Source of the DNA: Trichosphaerium sp. ATCC 40318
Taxonomy: Eukaryota > Protista > Tubulinea
DNA: 64,000 bases
Assembly (NCBI GenBank): GCA_038496445.1
Contig: JALMLS010000376.1
Span: 496,001 to 560,000 of the forward strand
Direction of reading: 5' to 3'
Below, in pieces: positions 37,394 through 49,946 of this stretch; within the stretch, counting starts at the first letter, position 1, and every line of letters starts with the position of its first letter. Below the pieces are notes generated by a model. That model was not told the DNA's origin. It ran no database searches and saw nothing but the letters and a program-made list of their open reading frames with translations. The translations under genes and the position numbers were made by a program.

Positions 37394-39882
37394 ATGTTGA
37401 CTCTAACACATACAAGTGCGTGTCAACCTCTTATACCAACGATACCTCTGCTGACAACTTCTCAAAAGCTTTTTTGTTGTGTTGTACAGTACTACTGCTT
37501 CCTATCGTTTCATCAACGAAAGGACGAACACCACACGCTGTATATAACAACCTACCATTTCAAGAAAATGGCGAAACTACAAAGTTCTATCTAACCGAGA
37601 AAAATGGTAAAGAAATACCCCAAGACTTTGCTGGTAGCTTCTTCTATGTTTCGGCGTGCGGAGATTTTTCAAAAGAGTATGGTCGCGGTGAACCTCTCTT
37701 TGAAGGCTATGGACGCGTCTTTCGCGTTGATTTCAACAAAGACGGCGTTGAGTTTGCTCCAGGGAGCGTTTCCGTAACCACTAAAATGCCAAGAGCGATG
37801 AGTTTTCACGCGGACAAATTGGGCGGTTTTTTTAAAGACTTTGGGATTGCAAGATTATCTCCACTACTTGGATCTGCAACAAGCCTAAGCACAGCTTTCC
37901 AAACATTTAGATTCGAAGACGACACCCGAGACCGTCTTTTACTCCTTATGGATGTAAGCAGACCAGAAGAAATAGATCCAGTTACGCTAGACCTAATTTC
38001 ACCGCTCGGACAGGCATCTGAGTGGTCTACGTCGATAATGCAGAACGACTTTCTTTTTCCTTTCATATTCGCTTCTGCCCATCCTGCAATGGATCCATTA
38101 ACAAGAAAAGACTTCTTTACAGTACAATACCCAGGTATCGAGCACGCTATATTCCCTCCTTCGATGAATGACTCCGAGTCAACCTTTTCCGCTTGCTATG
38201 CAAAGTTTATGACGCTGTTGGTTGATCTTCACGACGAATTTGATGGGTTTCCAAGCAACGTCAAGACATCAATGCAATCAATCTTCACTAACGGAAAAAC
38301 AATGGTATATCAAGCAATGCGACTAAAAAACAACGCACAGGGTACCCAACAACAGAAAGATACGCTTCTAGGCGATTATATAGAGCCTGAACACAGACAA
38401 AGATACTTGGACACCCTCGTATCGTTCCTAGACATTATCACTAGCTGTGACGAAGGCAAATCAGAAGCAAAGACAGAAAAAACGATGTTTGATATGACAG
38501 TCGACGTTCTACGCTGGAGAGGCGGGAAGAACTTGAGCAGATGGTTCGTTCACTACACTGACGAAGATGGCGTTGCGAAACCAGTAGAGATTATGCAGTC
38601 TATGCACCAGATAGGGTTAACTGAGGACTACGTTGTTCTTTGTGATACTTCGTTTAAACTCAGTTTTACTGGTATGTTCGATTCGCCTGTTCCTTGGGCT
38701 CCTCCAATAGAACGTATGATCTGGAAGACACTCGCAAAGCCACAGCTTACAGAATCAGTTTTTTATATCATTAAGAGAACTGACTTGCGTGATGATGTTG
38801 ATTATGTTGTTTCGAAGAGAGTTACTGTTCCACGTGAATCACCTCATTTTTTGGTTGATTTTAAGAATCCAAATGGAAAAATTACATTTCACGTTGCACA
38901 CAATCCAGCTACTGATCCTGCGGAATGGCTTAGAAAGTTTCAAGAGCCTGTTATGGATATAGAAGATTTTCACTCGTATGACGGTATTTTCCAAGCAAGC
39001 GGTGATATCAATATGATAGGCCGATATGTCATTGACGCTGAAACTGGAACTGTCGGTACGAAGCAATTTAAACTTTCCAAAAAAATTCTTGTTTCAAGTG
39101 CTCTTCTCTGACTCTTTTGTAGATAGCGGTGAACAAGTTTTCGGAGATGCAACTTGGTATTTAGGAGTATACAGTTGCCGTGGTTGTTTTTCTTCAGGAG
39201 ACGTTCCTCTTAAATTTGAAGACATATTTTGGGGTTCTTATGGACTTTCTGAGCTTCATACCAAAGAAGTCTTAGATCTATACAAGGACTACCCACATAG
39301 AACGTATTCTCAAGAAGAAGTAATCAAACAAGCTTCAAATTCTTCTAACCCAGCTACGCACTCTTTCTTATTCAGATCGCGTCATGCTGCTGGTGAAAAA
39401 TTTGAGATACAAGATCAATACATGTTGCCAAAAGGCTTTCTTTTAATGTCTCATCAATTCGCGCCAAAAAGAAAACCATCAAAAAGTATACCTCTTACAA
39501 GGTATGCCACATCTTAAACATTCTCTTACGTCACACAAAACCACCTTGGACCTTTCTAATGTTTTTTTTCAGAGACGGATATATCGTGAGTACTGTAGCA
39601 ACTGGTGATGGCTCACAATCCTCTGATTACCAAGTATGGATTTTTGACGCTAATAATCTAGCTCAAGGACCAGTATCTCAGTTAATCAGTAAAAATACTG
39701 ATTTGAAGATGGGTTTTACTGTTCACAGCGCTTGGTTAGATGATATTACTCAACCGAAAGATAAGAAAAAAATGAGAAGTTATATTTCGCCTCGAGAAGA
39801 CTTTTATGAGAGAATGAAGAATAGCATTAACCCTGAAGTAAGATCAATGCTTCAAAAACTTAAACCATATTTTGACGAATAG
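37394..39882 (+). CDS. Carotenoid oxygenase (RPE65/CCD family) with predicted signal peptide; 4 exons
   Basis: Four candidate Fe-ligand His motifs SAHP, SMHQIG, SPHF, FTVHSAW; DVSRPEEIDPVTL; ATG 37394 spliced gives MLTLTHTTFLLCCTVLLLPIVSS. Confidence 0.85.
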
Positions 39883-40466
39883 TTGTGATGTGGAAAATAA
39901 ATTGTAGTTTTGTAATAGTGTTTCTGTGATTAAAAGGAAACGAATCCAACGGAACACGATACCATTACATAAGTTGTTTGAACAAAAGCTACGTGCGTCG
40001 TAGGTTTCAAGCGATTTTAAAGCGCGTGTAGTTGATGAATGCGTGTGGGCTCATTCTGGAGAAGAGTATCAAAAAAGTTGAAACCAAGCCGATTTCCATT
40101 TACAAACCTGTTGTTACAAGCAACAACCGCTTTATTCGTTGCAAAAACATAGTACGTTGCAGTTAGAAGAGCTGGTAGTGTCTTTGGTGATAACTAGAAA
40201 AAAAACCACAAAAAACACCACGCACGTTTTGTTCTGATCCAATGAGACCTGCCAATAGGTGTTATGAATCCCACGTAGCCTCTTAATCCTTAATTTGTTG
40301 TGACACGCGTAGGTAGCAGTAATTGAACATAAACACTGAAAATTCAGAACCGTTGGTAGATACGTATTTACGTGTGGAATCTTCGGGCTGTGGAAATGTC
40401 TGTACGTTTTTTTTCGTTCATGGTCAACGAACGAGAGGAAACACCACCAACACACGCACTGTAGTA

Positions 40467-42677
40467 ATGGCTGAGAAAAGGAAAAGGGACATTGATGACA
40501 ATCCAGGTGGCTCTGATGAGTCAAGTGATGAAGATGATAACATGAGACTCGTGAGTTTTTGTTTTTAGTGTTGCTACTGATTTTATGAAACAACGACGTA
40601 TTTGCTCGTTTTGTACAATTACACTTTCGTTAACAAAATAAAAACCCTGGCGTTGATGAACCTTTCTAGCAAGAAGCAATACTCCAAAGAATGCTAGCAG
40701 CAACTTTTGGTAACCGTGGCGCTGCACAAAGCAATGAAAGGCTTATTACCCATCTACGTAACCAAGGAGTGTTAAAAAGTGACCAAATAGCGCAAGGTAC
40801 AGCTTCAATGATCTTGGTACAAAAAACCGGTTAACGTAACTTTTTTTTTCATAGCGCTACGAACAGTACCACGCGAACACTTTGTCACAAAGGAGTTAAA
40901 GCCTGAAGTAAATTCACCAAAACGCTAAAAAGTCGTATTTGCTTATTTTAATTCGCTGTTAGGCTTATGCAGACCACCCACTTCGCTTTTCCAAGATGGG
41001 ATTTAATATTTCGTACGCAGTGGTTTATTCCCAAGCGGTTTTTTCTTGTTTTTTTGGTTTTTAGTTTCTTGCTCTCAAGCGACTTGCTAGCGCCTTTGTT
41101 GATATACCTTTATACCTGTTAGTGCACCGCATATGTATGCCATGTGTTTAGAGAAATTAAACGTGCTACCTGGGTGTACATGCCTAGTATGTTATCGGTT
41201 CGTAGAAAACATAATTTTTATTGTTGATAGGATATTGGATGTGGTACCTCACATTTTACGACTCTATGTGCTTTTTTGGCTGGACCTGAGACAAAGGTAC
41301 ATGGAGTAGATATACACCGGCACATAATAGACTACGGGAGCCAGAATGTTGCGAAATTTTGCGAACTTTCAGGTACTAAACTCTTTCGCCATGTCGATTC
41401 GAAAACTCACTTTCAAGAAAGGGATGAAGTTTCCCAACATGAAATTCTACGTAAGAAATTGTTTCCTACCCGATCCAGATGATAATACATATGATCGTAT
41501 TCATGTTGGTGCATGTATACCAGAAAGTAAAATTCAATTTTTATTTGATAAATTAAACAAAGGAGGTATCTTAGTAGTACGTTAAAACCTGCTCTCTGTA
41601 AACAAAAATTAGTCATTGACAAGCATTAGGCGCCTTACGGGGATAAGTTGATATGTGCTATGAAAGATAAGGATGGAAAGGTAAACTCTGGGTTTTTATC
41701 ACACCTTTTCTAATATTCATTTTTCAGGTTCGTGTTCAATCGCTTATAGACGTCAGATACAGCGATTTGGTTCTTCCTTCGGAAGCTGAGATTAAAGAAG
41801 CACAACGTGAAGTAGAAAAGAGTATGTGACGATATAATCAACTATGTCATTACACTGACTTAGTCTATTCTCTTTTTCACAATCACGTGTTATTTCTTAT
41901 ATTTGTTTAGTAAAAGCTCAAAGGCTATCAGTTCCAGAAGCAGCAGTTAAAGTGCCAGAAGAGTTCAAGGCTTTGTATAATAATAAGACCAACTCAGACT
42001 TTACCTTTATTCTAAATGGAGAAAAAATATACGGCCACAAGCACGTACTACAACTTCGCTCAGAACACTTTCGGTACAGTCCAGATGATTTCTTTTTGTA
42101 CGACAATTAACCATTGCTCAGGGTTATGTTTGCCAGTGGCATGAAGGAATCACAAACAGACGAGATTGTCATAGATAGTAGATACACACGCGAAGTTTTC
42201 CTTGAAATGCTCAAGTTTATCTATACAGATGAGTGTCAACTAACAAGCAACAATTGTGTAGAACTTCTTGAATTATCTAACTACTATAAACTTGACAGAC
42301 TAAAAGCAATGTGTAAGTCTCAGTTCTTCGTTCAAAACAAATACTAAACTTAACACAAAGGTGCAATGCTACTTAAGCAGAATATTGAAATTGAAACAGC
42401 AGCATACGTACTAAGCGTAAGTTAAATACAAGAAACTCTAAAAAAACCAAAAGAGCTAACACAACGATAGATTGCAGAACGATATCAAGCTACGCAACTC
42501 AAGCTGTTTTGCACCGAATACATCTACTCGAATATCGCGGTACGCTCTTCGCTCGTATTTTTTAGTTATCTACTCACTCAGGTTGCTTAGCAAGTTGTAC
42601 AAACAAAATGGTTCAAAGAGCTCGATGATCACTTGAGAAATGACTTACTGATTAAAGCGGTTAATAGAACCTTGTAA
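40467..42677 (+). CDS. Protein-L-isoaspartate O-methyltransferase-like domain fused to C-terminal BTB/POZ(-BACK)
   Basis: VPREHF, AYADHP, ISAPHMYA, LDIGCGT, YDRIHVGA, LNKGGILVAP (PIMT); then SDFTFIL..GHKHVLQLRSEHFRVMFASGMKES...FIYTDEC (BTB), joined by in-frame splicing. Confidence 0.85.
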
Positions 42678-42837
42678 ACGCGTACTTACCATCACTTCAA
42701 GCACCTACATTTGTAAATAAACAACGATCATCACAAAATTTTTTGGTTGCGCTTGAAACCCAGTCTACAAAAACTTGTGAAGTGGAGAAAAGAAACCAGA
42801 AACCTCCTGCAATGTAATTTTTCGTTTATGTAAGCAA

Positions 42838-43934
42838 TCAAGTTGCGTGCGTAAATGTGTAGTAGTATACAGTTGCACGCATTTCTTCAGGACCTTCATC
42901 TTCTTCAAACATAGGAACCATTCTTATTGATCTAACCTTCTTTACAATAAAATTGTAAGGTTCAGCCGCTGCTAAAGAAAAAAACTTCATGTCACGATCC
43001 TGCCATTTTGGTCTGTGGTGTGAGAATGTGATAAATACCTTACGAAAGCAATTAGTGATAAACTGTTACAAAACACAAAAAAGCAAACTGAAGAAAATGT
43101 TCAACAGCCACGTAACGCAACAAGTACGTGCTGAACTGTTGCCTATTGAGCGCTACAAGCGCAAAACTGTATCTTAGATGTTATACAAACTACTTACCGT
43201 TCCATTAGGCGCTAAAAAGTTCTTAATTGATGCCAGTAGCTCCTTGTGAACGTGATGATTAAACACCAAATCAGCGCAAATAACAATGTCAAACTTATCC
43301 CTCTTTACTGGTTTTAAAAGGTCTGTTACTTTGCTGTATTCCTTTCCCCATAAGTGTCCTTGAACTTTAATGTTGTTCTTCAACGCATCTGGGATGTTAG
43401 CATCCACGTTTTTGCTTATGTTTTCCATAAGATCATCGTCTGGGTAGTCTGTGATTACAGTACAAAGAGCTTTGTTTAAGCAACAAATAAGAGAAGGCAG
43501 AGCCCCACCAGCGCCTAGTTCTACAACACTATACGCGTAAGCAATGTACCAACAGCGTTTTTAAGCAGTTTGAATAAAAAATGCTCTGAAAGTAAGAATT
43601 AACGTACGTTTTGTTCGTGAGATCGAAGGTTTCAGCGTCGAACTGATTTGTAAGGTATTTACTGGCATTCCACAACATGTGACCCCATAACTAAGTGTTG
43701 TAAACGATGAGTTAAATCAAGGCTTGTACTGGGTGACGGCCTAGCAAATGGATTTGCAGCTCACTCGGTTCTCCTTTTAGCAAAGTTAGAAGTACAAAAC
43801 ACAGATTGCATGTGGCTACCAGCTCCTGAACGTCGTTTAAATGTTTCTATGGTTGGTTCTGGATCTGGCTCATAGTATTCCTCAGGTTCCTCAAATAATC
43901 CGCCATTGTTACCAAGAGAGTCACTGTCGCTCAT
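42838..43934 (-). CDS. EFM7: Family-16 protein N-terminal/lysine methyltransferase (EFM7/NNT1-like)
   Basis: LFEEPEEYY, HPLWGHMLWNA, VELGAGGALPSL, TDYPD, GHLWG, ADLVFNH, FSHHRP, MFEEDEGP. Confidence 0.88.
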
Positions 43935-44009
43935 GGTGCTCTGTAGACGCGAAATAAACACAAAACAAATTAAAAAGTCAAATTGTGGTAAATTACACAA
44001 AACGCAACG

Positions 44010-46523
44010 ATGCAAGCGCCCAACAGTGACGTTGGTCCTATGGTCGGCGAGGAATCTGCTCCTCAAGTGTCAGAAAGCCAAACTCCACAACAAGCGCTTG
44101 AAGGAGAAATTCCAATCACCACAGCTATGCTCGAAAAGCCTAGCGACCCAATGGACGCTGTCCCAGAAACTAATACAACAAACATAGTTGCTGCCCAGAT
44201 GGAACCGCAAAATACCCCAGTCGCCTCAAATATTGAAGCAGTAACTGCACAAGCAAATACAGAAGAAAATACTACAGAACCCACACCAATACAACAAATA
44301 CCAGATGCTGTAGTGGCAGAAACAATACCTGACCCTACACCAATGGAAGAAGAAAACGCAGAGATTAGTACTGAAGCTGAACTCCGTCAAAGCAAAGAAG
44401 AAGGAGAAGTTGAAGATGGTGAAGTAGCAGAAGATGGAGAACTACAAACACAACAAGCTCCAACTGTAACCGCCCAAGAAAATAACCCTTCAGTTGGCAC
44501 TACGCCTGACAGCGGTGTTCAAACTACAGCTGGTGTGAAGCGAGAACGTGCACAAGACGAGCAGGATACAAGTAGCGAAGGTTAGATCTATACACGCAAT
44601 TTTTTTTTAATTTAATTGTCTAGCGCCTGCGCCAAAGCGACAGCGCGTTGAAACTGATCAAAAGAGCGGACAACAGTATGATAAACAACAACAAGGCAAG
44701 GGACATCAAAAAAAAGCATCTGCAACAGTTTACATTGGTAATTTAAACCCAAACGTTCAAGAAAGTGCGATAAATACCTTTTTTGGAGAATGTGGCTCAA
44801 TTAAAGCTGTACGGTTATTTTTTTTTGCTTGTTCGTTTTGATCTTTTTTTTCACGTTACTCACGTTTATTTAATCACGTGATAAAAGTTTATATTGGTTA
44901 ACTAGATGAGTGTTTTCACGTGATTAAATTATTTTTTAGGTGCATTTGAAGCGTGAGCGTGATACGGGACAAGTAGCTGGGTACGTTATTATAACATATT
45001 TCACATACATTTACATGCGTCACGGCGTATAGCTGGCATGTTATGGCGAACCAATGGTTTTTTTAAACCCATTTTAAAACTAACTTTTAGTTCGTTTAGT
45101 TATGGATTCGTTGAGTTTTTTGATATTGGTTCTGCCAAGCTTGCTGTTGCTAAGAACGGTGAAAGTTTTCTTCAACAATCTATAAAAGTGGAATTCAGCG
45201 ATAATACAAATCAACCTGGTCGCAATAACCAGTCTAGAACGCAGCATCGTGACTCACCACGCAAAGGTAACCAAGGCAGAAATCAATACCGCAACAATAG
45301 CAACCGCTACGATAATCAGCCACAACAAACCCTAGGCCGTGATAGTCGTGTTTATGGTACGTGAACATGCAAAGAATCGTATTGGCTATATTTTTGTCTT
45401 TAAGTCTAATTATTCATTTTGTATGTAGAAGCCCAATCACCACGACCACCAGGCTGTACTACAATTTTTATTGGCAATCTATCTGATAGGATAGATGACG
45501 TAACTATATTTGAGTTATTCTCAAATTGTGGGACTATCAGAGAGATTCGTTGGCTAAATGATCAACATACGAACACTTTTAAGCATTGCGGTTTTGTACA
45601 ATTTTTTGAAGAAGCAGCGACTACACAAGTACGTAGCCTAGTACTATTATCCTCTGTGAGAGCGCTAGTGATTTAATTCATCCGATAGGCGGCTACATAC
45701 AACGGTATTGAAATTTTTGGTAAACCGCTACGCGTTGACTATGCAAATCGACCTTTGTCTGATGACCGAGATAATCGTAGACAAGGTGGTAATAATCACG
45801 GGCAGGGTAATTTTGGCCATGGCAATAGTGGAGGTGGTTATCAAGACCGTGGAAATCGTCGTCAAAACTATAATAATCAAAGAAATAATCAATACGATCG
45901 ACAAGGTGGTTACGGTGGTGGTAACCAAGGTGGTTATGGGTACAATGATCGCGGCGGTGGCGGAGGTGGTTATGGGGACCAAGGAGGTTATGAACGACGT
46001 GATAATACTAATAAAGGAACAGGTGGCAGGACTTTACAAGAAGGTATGCAACTGAGTTATTTTTTTTTGGTCCTCTATTACTTTTAGTTAATGTACTACG
46101 TAGTCCTTTCAGAACCTCAAAAACAGAGGCCTCCAGGGTGCAAGACTATTTTTATTGGTAACTTATCCCAAGATGTTTCAGATGAGGAAGTTTTTAGCAC
46201 CTTTTCTTCTGCTGGAAGGTACGTATCTCTAATACCTTATGGCTATCATATGCCTATGTTTGTAACGTCACCTAACTCGAATTAGGATTAAGGAGATTAG
46301 ATGGTTAAATCATAAACAGACAGGAAACTTCCAAGGCTCGAAACTTGAATTTTTTTCCATTTCAGTCTTCTGTAAACGTTCTAACTCTAATGTAGGTTGT
46401 GGATTTGTTGAGTTCTTTGATGAGCAAGGTGCTATAAACGCTGCTGGCATGAATGGAGTAGAAATACGCAATATTCCTTGCCGAGTAGATTACTCAGTAC
46501 CAAAGGGCTCAAGAAGATACTGA
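44010..46523 (+). CDS. RNA-binding protein with acidic N-terminus, three RRMs and Gly/Asn/Arg-rich linker
   Basis: RNP2/RNP1 pairs VYIGNL/YGFVEF, IFIGNL/CGFVQF, IFIGNL/CGFVEF; GGYG/RGG-like segment 45755-46030. Confidence 0.85.
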
Positions 46524-47035
46524 CAACCGGTACTTTTTTCTAGAGCATTCACACGTTGTCTGTCAGCAGGTTACCCCTTTTTCGATGTTGATTTACACGG
46601 CCGGGTGCTTTTGCCAAAAATTGCGTTTACGTCCTACGAGCTTGGTGCCAGATTTCCTGCTGTTTGTCATCGTGTTCACTTGCTTCTTGTCTCTTGCCGT
46701 TTTTGTGTGATAGGAATAACCGTCCTTGGGAGATATTTATATTACTGTGGTCAACTTGTACATGTCCTACCACGCCTTTTGTTCGGTTTTTGTGTCGTTC
46801 AGGAACTCTTTTTGTAGTGTTAGTGGGTTTTAGACAAAAGAATTTTGTTGTAAACATTGTTGTGCATAGATACCTGATTGTATTACGTTTTGTTCTTTGT
46901 TGAGCTGTTGTTATTCATTCGTTAAATTCGTATTTCTGAATTGACTTAGAAGTGACTCTCAGTTCTCATTTATTTGGACTTTTTATTCTCTGGTAGTACA
47001 ACCTTGTAGTCTGGCGTTGTGGTTGTTGCTATAAA

Positions 47036-48939
47036 ATGACCAGTAAAGTGAAGGTACGCCTTCTTTAATAAAACTCTTTTAAATTAAACTTTACATTCAT
47101 TGTCTTTGTTGCTTTTAGTTTGAGTTTGAAGAACCTCCATGCGTTAGAGATTTCGGCGTTACAGTTTGGCATGGTACACCAATATTTATTACTTTAGCGT
47201 TAATTACGCTTTTGATAAGCTTATTACGCTTCGACACGTTAATATTGATTAGAATTTTCGCCAATGGCTGCCAAATACGAAGCAGTAAATCTTGGGCAAG
47301 GTTACCCTAGTTGGAGTCCACCAGGGTTTGTCGTTGATGCTGCTATACAATCTATTAGCGAAAAGACAGGTAAGAAGTAATATTGGTAGTAAAAAGTTGC
47401 TGGTTGTGATGCCCTACGCGTAGAGTATACCATGAGCAAACTCAGATTAACTTGACACTTCCAAGTGTTATTCTCAAACTATTTCGTGCTAACGCTTCCC
47501 TAGGTGCCAAAAATGTTCACCAATACGCTCGCAGTGCTGGTCACCTCCGTCTAGTAAATATTCTAGCCAAGAAATACAACAAACGCTTCACTCAAGAAAT
47601 AAATCCCTTGACAGATATTTGTGTTACAGCTGGAGCGTCAGAGGGAATATACTCTGCTATTCAAGCCACTGTACACCCAGGTGATGAAGTCATTCTCGTG
47701 CAACCGTTCTTTGATATCTACATCGGTGCTATTGCTGCTGCAGGTGGTGTGGCACGGTATATTTCGTACAAGTGCAAGAGCGACAAACCAAAAAGCGTAC
47801 AACTGGTTTTAGAGCCTTTAATCTAATTTTTTTTTTGTTTCTTTTTTTTTACTTATTTCTTGCGTTAGTCGTCTGACTTTTATATTGATTTGGATGAATT
47901 GAAATCTGTCATGAATGAAAAGACAAAGGTTTTATTAATTAATTCACCTCATAATCCTTCAGGAAAGGTTTTGTCAAAAGAGGAATTACAAGGTAAACAA
48001 ATATTAATATTCTTGTACTAATAATCCCGAAAAGGTATTGCAGATGTTGTTGCGTCACACCCAAAATGTATTGTTATCAGCGATGAAGTATATGAGCATC
48101 TTACTTTCGATGGCGTTGAGCATCATCATATTGCAAATATGATCCCAGAGAGGACAATTACAGTCAGTAAGTGTTCTTTTTTTAGTTTTGAAAATCATTA
48201 ACTTCACTGACTTATCAATTTTTGTTAGGCTCTGCTGGTAAAGTACGTGCAATAAGAAAGCTTGATAATGATTGATTATTTACATCTTATTTATTATGTA
48301 GCTTTTCTCTGTAACAGGATGGAAACTAGGATGGTGCATGGGACCAAAGAACTTGCTGTTTGCTATTCAAAAAGTTCACCAGTTTGTTTGTTTTGCATTA
48401 TCGACACCTCTTCAAGAAGCAATTGCTATTGCCTTAGAAAAGGCTGAGGATGAAGGACATTATACTCAACTTGTAGAGGAATACACAACACGACGTGCTA
48501 AGTTGTATACAGCACTTGAAAAGGCAGGATTAAATCCTATAATGCCGCAAGGTGCTTTTTATATTTTGGCTGATATAAGCACATTGCCTTTGAAAGAAGA
48601 TGAGGGTAGAGCAACCTTAACTGGTTTGTGCCCTGAAAGACGTGACTGGAGGTAAACTTTGTTTTGATGTTCTGAGTGCTGTTTTTGTGCTTACGGTTGT
48701 TTAGAATGACGAGACGATTCACCACAGACTTTGGCGTCACTGGCATTCCTTGCTCTGCTTTTTTCAGGTAGGACAGCGTTCAGCCCTTTTTTTTCATCAC
48801 TAACCGAATTACTAGTGACAAGGATGGTGAAAAACCAGAGCACCAACGATATGTTCGTTTCGCATTTTGCAAGAAACTAAAAGACCTTGATATTGCCGCT
48901 GAACGTTTCGGTAAAATGGCTAGCGCAATGAAGCAGTAG
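47036..48939 (+). CDS. Class I/II aminotransferase, kynurenine aminotransferase-like
   Basis: VNLGQGYP, QYARSAG, INSPHNPSGK, ISDEVYE, PLP-lysine motif SAGKLFSVTGWKLGW, VRFAFCK. Confidence 0.92.
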
Positions 48940-49000
48940 GAGAAGTTACCAAAAAAATACAATTTTTTTTTTCAACAACTACGTGCTTACACAATGAACT

Positions 49001-49733
49001 TTATTCTTCTTTTTCAAGCAAATGCATGTTATCAAGATTGATTAACTTTCGAGAGAGAAATTTATCGCGTAGCTGCTTCAGTTTTTTTGTGCTAATCTAT
49101 TTTAAATCATGTCAGGTACGACCATATGGTATTGCCGGTGACATACCGTATTTATATTTTTTAGGACTTTTTTGTTCGCTTCACGTAGCATAGCTTTAAT
49201 CTGTAGTTTTGTTGTTTTAGTGTCTTGATCACATCCACTCCACCCTAAAGAACTATTTGAGTATTTCCTCAATGACTACATGTCAAAACCGAAATTGCGT
49301 AAAGCGCGAAGTCATCATGATGTACCGGCTGGTGGAGGTTTTGGTGGTCTGCCAATGAAAATATCGATGTCTGAGTACAGTTCATAGCGTACAGATTGTG
49401 AAGATCCAGGACGTCTAAACTTAATTGTTTTTCGTGTAGAAGTAGCCTTGAGGGATCTAGTTGAACGTGTATAGGCTTTGGCTAGTTTGGCATCCATTGA
49501 TTTGACAATCTCAGAAATGTTTGCCGTCTTGTAAGTGTTAGTACTCCGATCTCTCGTTACGAATACGAACAAGTTTGTTTTTTGCTTTGTGTTCGAGTCC
49601 TTTAGAAGCCATTTCTTTTACTACTATGACCTACAAAGACTGTACCAAAACGTAGTAAGCCACTTGTCTAGTTTGACACTCTCTATATCAATATGACTAT
49701 TACGTTATTCCGAGTATAAATACTGCTGGGTCA
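49001..49733 (-). CDS. Small basic hypothetical protein (5' end unresolved)
   Basis: ORF 49315-49572 followed by GT-AG-bounded exons ending ...HLLEKEE stop at 49001; no family motif. Confidence 0.35.
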
Positions 49734-49946
49734 TTTATCACTTGTGTGGTAACCTGCTGGTGAAACGTCAAATCGCTTTTCTAAAAACGTCCAAAGAAAG
49801 GAACTTTACAACCTCTATTGCATGCAACGATACTTTAGTGCGCAATAAATTGAAGTGCTCTTGGTTTTTGCCTGTCAATCTTGCTTTCATGAACCTTGGT
49901 ACAGAAAACTGCAAAAAACTTGGAGAAAATCCTGGTTTACATTCAA

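Noticed and set aside
45708-46055. Val/Ile-rich ORFs 45708-46055(+) and 45728-45982(-)
   Set aside because: Alternative frames of the Gly/Asn-rich exon of the RRM gene
46627-46857. Possible small spliced gene on the minus strand between the RRM and aminotransferase genes
   Set aside because: Splice-like signals exist, but the upstream exon has an in-frame stop and no start codon; no motif support
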